A stretch of DNA of 63,141 bases, counting the filler, from Globobulimina sp. (Eukaryota), in the NCBI GenBank assembly GCA_003354225.1. It is 34 parts of 34 records of this genome, joined end to end, with 100 filler letters (N's around TTAATTAATTAA, not from the genome) between each part and the next. Parts side by side here need not be neighbours in the genome. Positions count along the whole stretch, not along the records: positions 50,229 to 51,987 come from PIVH01012264.1; positions 52,088 to 53,846 come from PIVH01012265.1; positions 53,947 to 55,705 come from PIVH01012266.1; positions 55,806 to 57,564 come from PIVH01012267.1; positions 57,665 to 59,423 come from PIVH01012268.1; positions 59,524 to 61,282 come from PIVH01012269.1; 28 more parts are not named here. The stretch is one strand, 5' to 3'. Below the pieces are notes generated by a model, which was not told the origin of the DNA, ran no database searches, and worked only from the letters and a program-made list of their open reading frames with translations. The position numbers were made by a program, and so were the translations under genes. This document shows, one piece after another, positions 50,568 through 61,382 of this stretch (its first letter is position 1; the number at the start of each line of letters is the position of its first letter).

Positions 50568-51554
50568 AGTTGGAATACTTGTTTTTGTACAAAATTACGA
50601 AGATATTTAGAAAATCGAATATTTTATTGTAGCTATAGGTGCCATTTTTAAATGGCTGCAGATCAGTCAATTCCGGAGTTCCCCCGGATTTTTTTCCAGG
50701 TTATCATAGACCACAACTCGGCCATGTTTTGTGATATAGGCACATTACAAAGTCATATGTGTCCCGAGGAGTTATGGCCTTTTGAAAAAAAATAAAAAAT
50801 TGAGCAAAATTTTAATGTTCAAATGATTGTAACTCCTTAACCAGTTATCGCAGAAAATCGGGATTAGCCTTAAAAGAAGGGTAATTTTATAAGGAATGTT
50901 TTGCAAAAAAGATTATTTCTCTAGCTCAACGGTATGAGGAATTATAACGTTTTTGTTAAACTCATGTGACAGCCAAACCGATCGAAAATGTTTTTTGGCA
51001 CTGTGCCAAAACTTGGCGTTTCTGAGAAAAATCCCTTTAGGTGAGATGTTAGGGGTACTAATGTGTTATAATAGACTAGGTTTAATCAAAATCGGTTGAC
51101 CCCCTTGTTTACATCATCGCCCGGTTTTTATCTGCAACAGCAATTAAGTTAGTTGAAGTTAACAGTTTTTTATGCTTATTTCTTGCACGTACATATTTGT
51201 TTGAAATAGATTAGGAAATCACTCCAAAATTTACTGACAAACATAAAAATATTTGTGGGAACAATTTGGCATACAAGTACATATTATTTAATGAATGTTA
51301 TATTTAGTATTCTTGCGCGGATGCGCTTAGATTAGTTATGCGCGCAGATTAGATGTTGCCGTTCGTATTATTCAAATAATTTTTTTTATTTTCTGTTTAT
51401 TTCGAAAATTTGTGTTTTTCGGAAAAAAGTTCGTTGTTTTGTTGGTCTCTGTAGTAGTAATAAATATCTCAACTGAAATGTAAGGTGGTGGAGTTTAAAT
51501 TATTTTGAATTTAAGTTTGTTGCTATTTTTTTAGTACATACATACAGAAGAATC

Positions 51555-51815
51555 ATGTCGGAATATCCAACTTTTCTTATTGCTTTGAGAAAGATCGATC
51601 AAGCTATAGACGCTATAACAACTTCTATGTCAAGTAGTCAATTGGCAGTGCAGACAGATGTGATCAAAAAGTATTTGCGCACGATGAGAATTGCCGGATT
51701 TGACAATTTGAGATTCAAGGCGGAGAATTTTATTCGAAAGTTGGAATGTCTTTGTCGTGATCTTTCTCCAATTGTTGAAAATTCGGTGAAAATATCAGAA
51801 GAGGTAGTTTTTTAA
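51555..51815 (+). CDS. Small hypothetical protein
   Basis: 86-aa ATG ORF only. Confidence 0.3.
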   Translation: MSEYPTFLIALRKIDQAIDAITTSMSSSQLAVQTDVIKKYLRTMRIAGFDNLRFKAENFIRKLECLCRDLSPIVENSVKISEEVVF

Positions 51816-52401
51816 TTTTAAGAAATTTTTTGAAATATTGTATAAATTAAAATTTCTTGGCTGTTGTTTCTATTATGGATTGTACAAAGTTATTTGTTAG
51901 GTAGGTAGTTATATCTAAATAGTGTCAGAGTTATCGAATGAGTAGAGCGATTAGTAAGGTGCATAGGAGTGGTTCTTTAATAGTAGGNNNNNNNNNNNNN
52001 NNNNNNNNNNNNNNNNNNNNNNNNNNNNNNNTTAATTAATTAANNNNNNNNNNNNNNNNNNNNNNNNNNNNNNNNNNNNNNNNNNNNCAAATATATGATG
52101 GGTTTGTTGCATCATATGACAATACAATAAATTGCAACTTATTATTAAATGATGTTCGATTGCCACAAATCTTAATAATATTACATAATTATTCAATGTC
52201 ACAAATTACACATTTTCACCGTGACATTGCATCGAAATTATTGCATCATAACAATAACAAAGTTGTTAAGTGAGAAGAGAAACGATTTTTGTTTAACTCA
52301 TCGTAGATTGGCGTCTGACCGCAATGCAAGTTCCAAAAAAAATTAATAAGCAATAAATTATAAAAACATACAATTATTTGCAAATATGGCACGATATGGA
52401 A

Positions 52402-53749
52402 TCAAATCAAAACAACAACAAACAAACAAGACACACAAAAGAGTTCTGAATCTGAATCAAGTGATGGAGTCAAATAAAAGAAGCGAACTATCTGACGATT
52501 TGCCACGTAATTCGCCAGAAAATGGCAATGTAGGATCGGGTTTAATGAATTCAAACTCGCTTGAAATGATAAATTATTTAGCAACGCCTCCATTTCTTGC
52601 TGTTGCTGCTCATCGTCATCTAATTCGTCCTCGTCATCATAACTAAACATATAAACCATTCCAGATTCGTCGACATTTATTTCCTCGATGACCTCCAAAC
52701 TGTTTTCAATCATTTTAAAATTATCATCATTAAAATTCTCCATATTATCAGTCATCTCATCCTCGGCGGCCACGGCATCCATTTTCATTTTCTGTTTTTG
52801 CGAAGTTGCAGAATGTGCAGAATGTGAAGGCGTTACATTGCCGTTGCGATCCACCAAATATTTATCACAGTAACTTAATATGTCAATAAATTTGTGTTGT
52901 AAATCAATGTGAGATTCCATGTATTTGTGTAATGAGAAGTATTCCATTGGAATCAAGGTAGGATTTGACTGATAAAATAATTCCTTGATTGGCTTCAATA
53001 AAATATCCGATGCCGAATTGATACATTTTACCTGTTTCAAAACTTGTGCTGCTTCGATATTAAACAATGATTTTATGCGACAATTTATGTTTGAATTTAA
53101 CGCAAAACAGTTTTGTGAGAACGAAGTGGAACTTATTAACTTTGCGCTTTGTGCCAATGTAACTTTTTCTTTTTCGGCCTGTTTCCGCCGATTTGGTTCG
53201 TATTTATTTAGCCACCATTTCGCCGACAAACGCAATTTATTATAAAATGGAAGATATTCTTCTTTTTCTTTTTCCTTTTCTTCGCCGTCAAAATCCGGCA
53301 TCGCATCCACGCGAATTCTCATTTTCTTTTCATTCGAATCTGCGAAACCTATCTCAATATTTGCGGCTACATATTAATTATCGAAAAAAAATCAGTTTTC
53401 AAACACACAGCGAAAACTTTTTCACTTAACGTTTTTTTGCACTTTGAGGATGAGCAAAGGATGGCAGCTCTGGTTCGTTAACAACATTATCATCAAAACT
53501 AGAGTCGGTATGGACGCCTCCTTCCTCCTCATCGGTCATATAAACCGTATCAAAGGCGCCATTTTTGAAGGCATCGTCTTTTGAATCATATATTTTTAGC
53601 AATGTTTGCGAGATACTAAATTTCACCGGTTTCTGTTTGTTATTTCTCGCCATTAGAACGGTCACATTTTGTGGCGACGGTATGGTCTCAAAACTACTTT
53701 GATGTTCCACAGAATTTGTTGTGTCCGCTGCAAACCGGACCACTCCATC
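52402..53749 (-). CDS. Hypothetical acidic protein; intron ~53340-53430
   Basis: ORFs 53426-53743 and 52402-53322 join via a GTTAAG..CAG intron; no family recognised. Confidence 0.5.
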
Positions 53750-53763
53750 ATTGTTGTGTCCGC

Positions 53764-53846
53764 TGTGACGTAATATATTACAAAAATGTGTTACTCATAT
53801 ATTACAAAATGGTGTGACGTCACATATTACAAAATAATGTGACGTC
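53764..53846. repeat. 24-25 bp minisatellite running to the contig end
   Basis: TGTGACGT(A/C)A(T/C)ATATTACAAAA... x3.4. Confidence 0.85.
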
Positions 53847-53946
53847 NNNNNNNNNNNNNNNNNNNNNNNNNNNNNNNNNNNNNNNNNNNNTTAATTAATT
53901 AANNNNNNNNNNNNNNNNNNNNNNNNNNNNNNNNNNNNNNNNNNNN

Positions 53947-54524
53947 GCGCAAATGCATCAATAATTTGCGAGTGGCGGGGAAATGTTGCTGCTTTTTCGC
54001 GGCCACCACGGTCCACAATAAGACTTTGGGGACTTGGTTGTAAAAATTGGGGCAATTTAACACGTTTAGGGACTGTAAGAATTTGTCTTCGTCACCATTG
54101 TATAAGTAATTATTTACAAGTTCTTCGACTTGGATTTTAAAGGCGGATAAACTCTGGATTTGGGTGTGTTTGTTTTGTTTTTGTGATTATTTTCCGGAAT
54201 ATTCTCATGGAGAGATACCTCAACATCGGATTGGAAATTTTGGAAATACTCAGATTCGTTTAATCGTAGTTCAGAGGTTTCCTTTGTTGGGGATGGTGGT
54301 TGTGGCGGTTCAATGGGTGGGACTTCGACACTTTGTGCTTCTGGTTCGTAATTGGGATCATGTGGGTTTTTGGCTGGGTCTTGATGCATATATTTTAGGT
54401 CATCCATTGGATCGCCCCATCCTCCTTTGCCTGATCCGTGTCGTTTTTGTTTCAACACATGTGGAGCTTGCGAGTGAGCTGCTTTACGATTGTTTATTTT
54501 TATTTGTTGCGATTTGTCTGACAT
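53947..54524 (-). CDS. PDCD4: Programmed cell death 4-like protein (N-terminal motif + MA3 domain), 3' partial; intron 54154-54218
   Basis: KRHGSGKGGWG...HDPNYE; splicing opens SLSAFKIQVEELVNNYLYNGDEDKFLQSLNVLNCPNFYNQVPK (MA3 start), which is absent from the ORF track. Confidence 0.8.
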
Positions 54525-54678
54525 GATTCAAGTGCTTCAGGTAAACAGGTTTTTTTATATATATCACGCATTAAATCCTTCTACAACAAATCGTAATCAA
54601 CAATAGCACAGACACTAAAGTGATGCTTTAATTTACAGTTTTCTGGCCTTTTGCAAAACATCCCAACTGCACAAAACA

Positions 54679-55349
54679 ATGGCAAAAAATATATCAGGCA
54701 CAGCACAGTACGGCCAAACAGGATCGCATATGCTGATTAATTTGCGTCGTGCTGCGTGGTTACCACAATATGATGCTGACGGAGTACATAAAGTAACAGA
54801 TGAAATCAAAGATTTATATAAAAAGATTCATAATACACTAATGGGAGCGCAAGATTTGGATACGGACAAACCTGAAGCATATGCAATATCGTGTTCTGTG
54901 ATAGTTCATCATAATGCGTTATTACGGTTTGCATTTCTATTTTTTTATTAATTAAATAATACTAAATTCCGATTTAAAATAAAAGAAATAAAAGAATATT
55001 ATGTGCGTATCATAGATATCGAGCAGATGTTTTGGAGGATCATCGATGGGAAAAAGGTCCCACATTAACTGAGTTTGCAAGGAATAAAATAAGTCCCTAC
55101 GAAGAGTCCTATTTTGAAAATTACAATAAATTGTTGCATGAATATATACGCGACATTGATATTGATATTACATCAAATTTACAACCACCAAAAGAATTAA
55201 ATCTTGAGGTTCAGGTTCGGGAAAATGTTGGCGATATACAGACAAGTACGGGATCTATGAATTTATTGATGAACACACGACATTATGGCCAGGTTAACGA
55301 TGTTGAGACATTATTAAGAAATGGCCAGGTCGTCAAAACAAGGAATTAA
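54679..55349 (+). CDS. GINS1: GINS complex subunit Psf1; intron 54927-54985
   Basis: LPQYD, spliced LLRNKRILCAYHRYR, SPYEESYFENY..LL.EY, LQPPKELNLEVQV...GDIQT. Confidence 0.93.
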
Positions 55350-55532
55350 TATATTAAATTATTATCACTCTTAGCTTGATTATTGACATTACTATAACCA
55401 GTCACCAGTGTTTTTACTTATTCATTCATTCATTATTTATTTTTTATTTAAAAAAGTGGAGGGGATTTCATTTTTGTATTTTTTCTACAAAATAATATGT
55501 ACATCGGAAAAACAATACATTTGGTTCAGTTA

Positions 55533-55620
55533 CTTTAGAATAGGACCTGTTTGAAACCGCGTGTTTATATAAACAATTTCAAAAGAAAAGTGTTCTAAAC
55601 AGGTCGATCCTATTCTAAAG
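55533..55620. mobile_element. MITE family A copy 3 (88 bp, TA target-site duplication)
   Basis: TA|CTTTAGAATAGGACCTGTTT...AAACAGGTC(GATC)CTATTCTAAAG|TA. Confidence 0.85.
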
Positions 55621-55967
55621 TATACAATTTTTCCTGGCTTAACAGACTTGCAAATACAGCAAGATAACAAATGTATAACTGAACCAAATGTATACAAAGG
55701 GAGCANNNNNNNNNNNNNNNNNNNNNNNNNNNNNNNNNNNNNNNNNNNNTTAATTAATTAANNNNNNNNNNNNNNNNNNNNNNNNNNNNNNNNNNNNNNN
55801 NNNNNGCCTGGTTCTAGGGTTGAACTAAGGGTTTTTAAGTAAAGTTTTAAAGTAAGGAGTACCTAATAAGTTAGATACAATAAATCAAGAGGATTTAGGA
55901 TAAAAGGTCAGTTCCTTACAATCATCAAATCCATTATTTTCAAATAATGCATTCTCCACACTGTCAG

Positions 55968-57216
55968 AACTACTTTTTTCTTTTTTCTTTTTCTTTTTTC
56001 TATCATCAGAATCCTCCGAATAACTATCACTCCTTAACGCAAATCAAACATTTACTTAATAATATTACACAGCAAATATATAAAAAACAGAGGCAAACTT
56101 ACGTTTTACTGTCCGAAGAGTCAGAAGACTCCCAAGACGTCGTAGGCACAGAGGAAGGCGCAGAGGACGGCGCAGCTGACACGAATTACATTCACATTCT
56201 CCAATTACATTCATCTGGAAAAAGCCGGTGGCGATACCTTCGGGGCGGCCAGGTGCTGCATGTCCATCCACTTGAATGTAATATTCCACACATTGGGTAA
56301 CGGCGTTATTACTGGTATTAAACGGCAATATATGTGCAGCCACAGTGTCGTTACTGTCGTCGTTTGCTTTCACCAACGTAAATGCTCTAAAATCACCTCA
56401 ATCGTCGGGGGCAGTATAAACAGCCAATTGAGTATTGATACAAACACCGCTATAACACACCATTTCTAATTCTAACTCGGATGCAGTCACTTTGTACCAC
56501 AGTGAATTTTGTACATTTAGGTCTACATTTAATGGGATATCCTCACACCATCCAGTTTGACCGTAACAATCCGCGATATTTGGATGTATTTCATTGATTT
56601 GAGTGGTGCCGGACTGAGTCAATACATCTATGACAACATCGCCCACTGCAATTTGCCTGGCTTCGCAAACATTGTCATTTGTCATTGCCGGACATGCGCC
56701 TTCTTCCATTCCCGCCACATCCATTTGGAAGGGACCTGTTTCATATGTCGAATCAAGCTGAATGTAATATTCTTGCGTTGCACACTCAGTGAAAGGTAAA
56801 ATATGTGCAGTGCCGCCCCAAACTGAATGTGCTGAAAAATCATTTGCTTTGATCAACGTAAATGTGCTAAAATCTGTGCAATCTGTCACAGTATAAACAG
56901 CTAATTGTGAATTAAGAGAAAAACCCGAATATTCGACCATTTTTAATTCTAATTCAAATGCGGTTACTTTGTACCAGATGGAATTGTCAACATCAGTGGC
57001 GTACTGGTACCATCCATCTTGGCCGTATCCATAAAATGCATCAGGACCGGGAGATATTTCGCCGGCCTCTTTGGTAGCTTCGTCCGTCAAATTAGCTACG
57101 ACAGAATCACCAATATGAATAAGTATGGCATCACAGGCATTATCATTTGGTGGAGGCCCTGCGACCACGGTGCACATTAAAAATAAAATGGAAAACGCAA
57201 TACACATCGTTTCCAT
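55968..57216 (-). pseudogene. Secreted protein with two bacterial-like (P.ND.C.A...WY...SQLAVY...ND) repeat domains; in-frame TGA at 56398-56400 and an apparent frameshift near 56185
   Basis: Signal peptide; repeat 2 continues in frame past the TGA (ORF 56065-56376); the SAAPSSAPSSVPT linker and a GTAAGT..AAG intron lie in another frame. Confidence 0.6.
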
Positions 57217-57253
57217 GGTTGTGATATCGATCGATAGTTTGTGGTTTATTTTA

Positions 57254-57541
57254 ATGGTTTAGGTTCGCCGAGTAGCTGAGTGATCGTTGAGTAGGTTTGT
57301 GGAGTAGTTGAGTAAGGTGAAGACTTAAAAAACTGTGTGTTTTGACAACCTCTATCTTGACATGAACGGCATAATCCATCCATGCTGTCATCCAGAGAGT
57401 GACAGTGACCCAATGATCAGCAACGTCTTCAAATACATCGAGCACATTTTAAATATTCCCGGCGAAGGCGAGCTTAAACTCGCGCAGTTTGTGCGTCGAT
57501 GTCGTGGCTTAAGGTATTGTATCACAGGACGTAAAATTTGA
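57254..57541 (+). pseudogene. Internally deleted XRN (Xrn2/Rat1-like) 5'-3' exoribonuclease relic
   Basis: FDNLYLDMNGIIHPCCHPE and VFKYIEHIL joined directly to PGEGELK; upstream stops. Confidence 0.8.
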
Positions 57542-58271
57542 TATTCCATAAAATCTCCGTCTGTNNNNNNNNNNNNNNNNNNNNNNNNNNNNNNNNNNNN
57601 NNNNNNNNTTAATTAATTAANNNNNNNNNNNNNNNNNNNNNNNNNNNNNNNNNNNNNNNNNNNNTGCTTGTCGTGGTTCATCTGGTGGCCATAAAATAGT
57701 TTCGCGGAATTACAATTTATTTGTCAATTGTAAATTTGTGATATGCTTATCGCTGAAATCCATACACTTTATCATTACTGAAGATGGAGTGATGTCATAT
57801 GTGTTATACCTATGATGTCTGTACAGGTTTTGTTTCTGGTTGTTATTGTCCTGTGATGTGAATCATGGTATTGTTAAAGATGTTTTTTGTACCTTAAATT
57901 TAATCATCAAAACAATCCGTCGACATACACGTTAACTATAAAAATGAATTAATATTAGCTATGTATGAATATTTAGTGTATCGTCAATATAGCACACCAG
58001 CAATAACATATTACGGAGTTAATGAACAAATATGGATTGATTTTAACAGGAGATGTTTGAACTTTGAACAGATACTTTGGAAGCAAAATAATTAATACTT
58101 GTTGTAAATATTCGTCAATTCCGATCTCAAACTCACATATTGACTAATTAACTTGTGTAGGCTCAAGGTGTTTGGAGAATAAATCAAAAAAAATTTGAGA
58201 CAGAAAAACAACAAGAATTACAAATGAGATCGCATTCATTTTAATTCATGATATAGATTAATTTGTCAATC

Positions 58272-59423
58272 TTAGTGTTGAGATTTAAGTGCATGTTTTG
58301 GATAATTTTTTAAATGATCATATAATTTATTCTTAGTCCCAAACATTTGATGACATGCATTACATTTCGATTTGATCGGCGCCGTTTGTTGTTGTGGTGA
58401 CACATTGTTCAGATTGGTTTGATTTTGTATGTCCTTATTCTTTCGACGTCTTCTTCTTCTTTTCCTTTTCTGTGGTTCTTCGATTGATAATATATCATTA
58501 CATTTATTCATTTTCTGTTTCTGTTTATTTATAAAATCAGATTTCTTATTAAATGTTTTAAATTTCGCCATAAATTCATCATCCTTTTCATTATTAATAT
58601 CCTGTTCTTTATTTGTTTCACATTGCTCATCAAATCTCTTCTTTTTCTTTTTCTTCTTTTTATTTTTCTTTTTATCTGTTGTGCTATTTTTATTTGTCAA
58701 ATCTGAAATGTATTCCTTTGTCAATGATGGATACGTATCAATCAATGCATCCATATCAATGCCAGGCTGTTGTAATAATGTAACAATCTCTATATCTGTA
58801 ATGATATTATTATTATTATTATTATCGTCCTCATCATTAATAAGATTATCTTCCACCTCAAGCTCATCGTTGATAATATCGTCTTGTTCCACCTGTAAAG
58901 CCATTAAATAATCCAAATCGATTGGTTTATCATTCTCATTTGAGTCATTTTCAACATTTTCAACATTTTGTTGATGTGCAATTTGTTTTGCAATCATAGA
59001 ATCGACATTATTCTGGTCGTTTGTTTTCGAGTCGTGGTCATTGTCGTTATTAAATAATATCTCATTTTCTACATTTAATTGGAATTTCAAATGTTGCAAA
59101 GCTTTGAGATGTTTTTTTGATGATTGATGTGTATTGAATGCATTGTTTGATTTGAATATTTTATTACAAACAACACATTCGAACAACTCAGTTATTGCTT
59201 CTTCAAATTCTTCAAATTCCTCAAATTCCTCATCAATAACAAGCTGTTTCTCTCTTTCTTCTCGCATTATTTCCTCAATCTCTCTTTGATATTGTTTCAT
59301 TTTTTGCTGTTCTTCGATTTGTTGTTTATCCAAATCAATTAAATAAGTCCTCCAACGCGGATCTCTTTTTTTTACAAAAGATATTAATTTTAATACTGTA
59401 TCTTCCCATTTTTTCCGTTTTTG
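58272..59423 (-). CDS. DNAJC21: DNAJC21/Jjj1-like protein, C-terminal part with two C2H2 zinc fingers
   Basis: Frame open from the contig edge: TVLKLISFVKKRDPRW; CVVCNKIFKS...HQSSKKH; CNACHQMFGTKNKLYDHL. Confidence 0.8.
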   Translation of the reverse strand, partial: QKRKKWEDTVLKLISFVKKRDPRWRTYLIDLDKQQIEEQQKMKQYQREIEEIMREEREKQLVIDEEFEEFEEFEEAITELFECVVCNKIFKSNNAFNTHQSSKKHLKALQHLKFQLNVENEILFNNDNDHDSKTNDQNNVDSMIAKQIAHQQNVENVENDSNENDKPIDLDYLMALQVEQDDIINDELEVEDNLINDEDDNNNNNNIITDIEIVTLLQQPGIDMDALIDTYPSLTKEYISDLTNKNSTTDKKKNKKKKKKKKRFDEQCETNKEQDINNEKDDEFMAKFKTFNKKSDFINKQKQKMNKCNDILSIEEPQKRKRRRRRRKNKDIQNQTNLNNVSPQQQTAPIKSKCNACHQMFGTKNKLYDHLKNYPKHALKSQH

Positions 59424-59523
59424 NNNNNNNNNNNNNNNNNNNNNNNNNNNNNNNNNNNNNNNNNNNNTTAATTAATTAANNNNNNNNNNNNNNNNNNNNN
59501 NNNNNNNNNNNNNNNNNNNNNNN

Positions 59524-61282
59524 CTTGGATGACTCAGTCATGGTTAATTTCATTATATTTTAATTGTCCACAATACTTTACGATAAATAACGTCTCATTA
59601 CATTGTCCCAATCAAACCTCAATGAATAATATTTTAAATAATGGAATTAAAAAAGGTATTATATATTGGCATGCATTTCCATTCAACTCTCAATTGGAAG
59701 TTTATGATTCTTCAATGTTTGAATTTGGTTTAATATTATCGCAGACAATGAGCAAAAAGTATGGCGCTCCAATCTCAAATACATTGTCTCAACGAGATGT
59801 GCCTGGAGTGTCCAAATCAATTATTCCCATATTATTATCACATAATATCTCTGCAATTTCGATTGGTGTGAATGGTGGCAGTGCACCACCTGCTTTCCCC
59901 TCAATATGCAAATGGAAATATGATAATAATAATTCAATCATCACCATGATCCACCCGGGCGGTTATGGCGGTGTACAACTGACTGATGCTGTATATATAA
60001 ATAATTTTAACCACGCACTTGTTATGGGATGGAACGGTGATAATAAGGGACCACCATCGGTTGACAAAGTATTAAATTGGTACAATAAAACACAATATAA
60101 TTTCCCCAATGCCACTGTATTTGCAAGTTCATTTACGAAGTTTGTCAATATTTTGCAGTCAACCACACAAATTTATAATGCATTGCCAGTGTATGAAGGT
60201 GAAATCGGCGATTCATGGAACTTTGGAATACAATCTGATCCATTTAAAATTGCAGCACATCGAATAGCACAGAAATATAGAACAAAGTGTTTGCAATCAG
60301 GGAAATGTAAATTGGATGATATGAATTTTTATAATTTCAGTCGTTTACTGCTGAAAAATGGAGAACATACAGTATGTAATAATTGATTTTGCACAAATTA
60401 GTAACATTTTTTATTGTTGCTATGCCGATTTGAAAATACATTTTTGCATACGGTTGGAAACGAATTTTGCTGCAAATTTGTTTGAAAAGCGTATGCAAAA
60501 ACGCATTTTTAGGATAACTCCATCAATATTCCTGTTTAATGTAAAAATATTTAATAAGTTTGGTGGAGATACAAAGAAATATTTGAAAGCATCTCAAAAC
60601 AATTCAGCATATTATTTGTGGAGTAATCAACAATTACGACATGGTCTATTAATGAATAACTCTGTTAATAACTTGACAAATTTTAGAAGTACCTGGTATG
60701 AGCAGAGATGGTTGGGATTGGAGAATGCTGTGAATGCATTAATTGTGGATTCAGGGAATATTTCGAATCAAATATATTTTGATTTGTATGATAATATCAC
60801 TGATGATTGGAGTAAACTTAGCAATGTTCAATCTCCATTGGATGGAATAAATGGAAATGAATGGCAATTAGTAAACAATGCAAGCAGTGCATTTGAAGTA
60901 ACATCATTATACAATGGACATCGATATTTGATACAATTTGATGTGAAACATGGTGCTATTTCAAGATTATTTGATATGGACAATATGATGCTTTATGCAA
61001 ATAATGAGAATGTTTTGGGAGAATTTATTTATCAAACAATGAATGAGACAGATTTTGATATTTATATTGATAGCTTTTATTATGCATGGACTTCACATAC
61101 AGATTATGGGAAATATCGATTGAATACGTTTGCTAATTATACCAAACATCAATATCTTAAAACGAAATTTAAGGTATTTTCCATTTATTTAATGGCAACA
61201 AATGCTTAAATTCCATTTTTTGCATAATACTTTCAGAATTTGTATATGTTGAAAAACAATTCCAATGAGTTTTTGGTTGAAA
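59524..61282 (+). CDS. DUF5054 / GH38-like putative glycoside hydrolase, partial; introns 60372-60558, 61173-61237
   Basis: TQSWLISLY.NCP, WHAFPFNSQLE, SQRDVPG, IGVNGGS, DNKGPPS, EIGDSW.FGIQSDP.K, spliced EHTFGGD. Confidence 0.8.
60433..60509. repeat. 77-bp palindromic insertion inside an intron
   Basis: AAAATACATTTTTGCATACG / CGTATGCAAAAACGCATTTT arms plus inner AAACGAATTT / AAATTTGTTT. Confidence 0.85.
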
Positions 61283-61382
61283 NNNNNNNNNNNNNNNNNN
61301 NNNNNNNNNNNNNNNNNNNNNNNNNNTTAATTAATTAANNNNNNNNNNNNNNNNNNNNNNNNNNNNNNNNNNNNNNNNNNNN

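Noticed and set aside
54114-54524. Stand-alone 136-aa protein with only the PDCD4/SERBP1-like motif
   Set aside because: A 65-nt intron opens an MA3 domain, giving a conventional PDCD4-like gene
1762-61382. Regularly spaced TTAATTAATTAA repeat as a CRISPR-like array, telomere or nanochromosome boundary
   Set aside because: Always centred in exactly 88 Ns between size-sorted contigs; it is a six-frame-stop assembly linker
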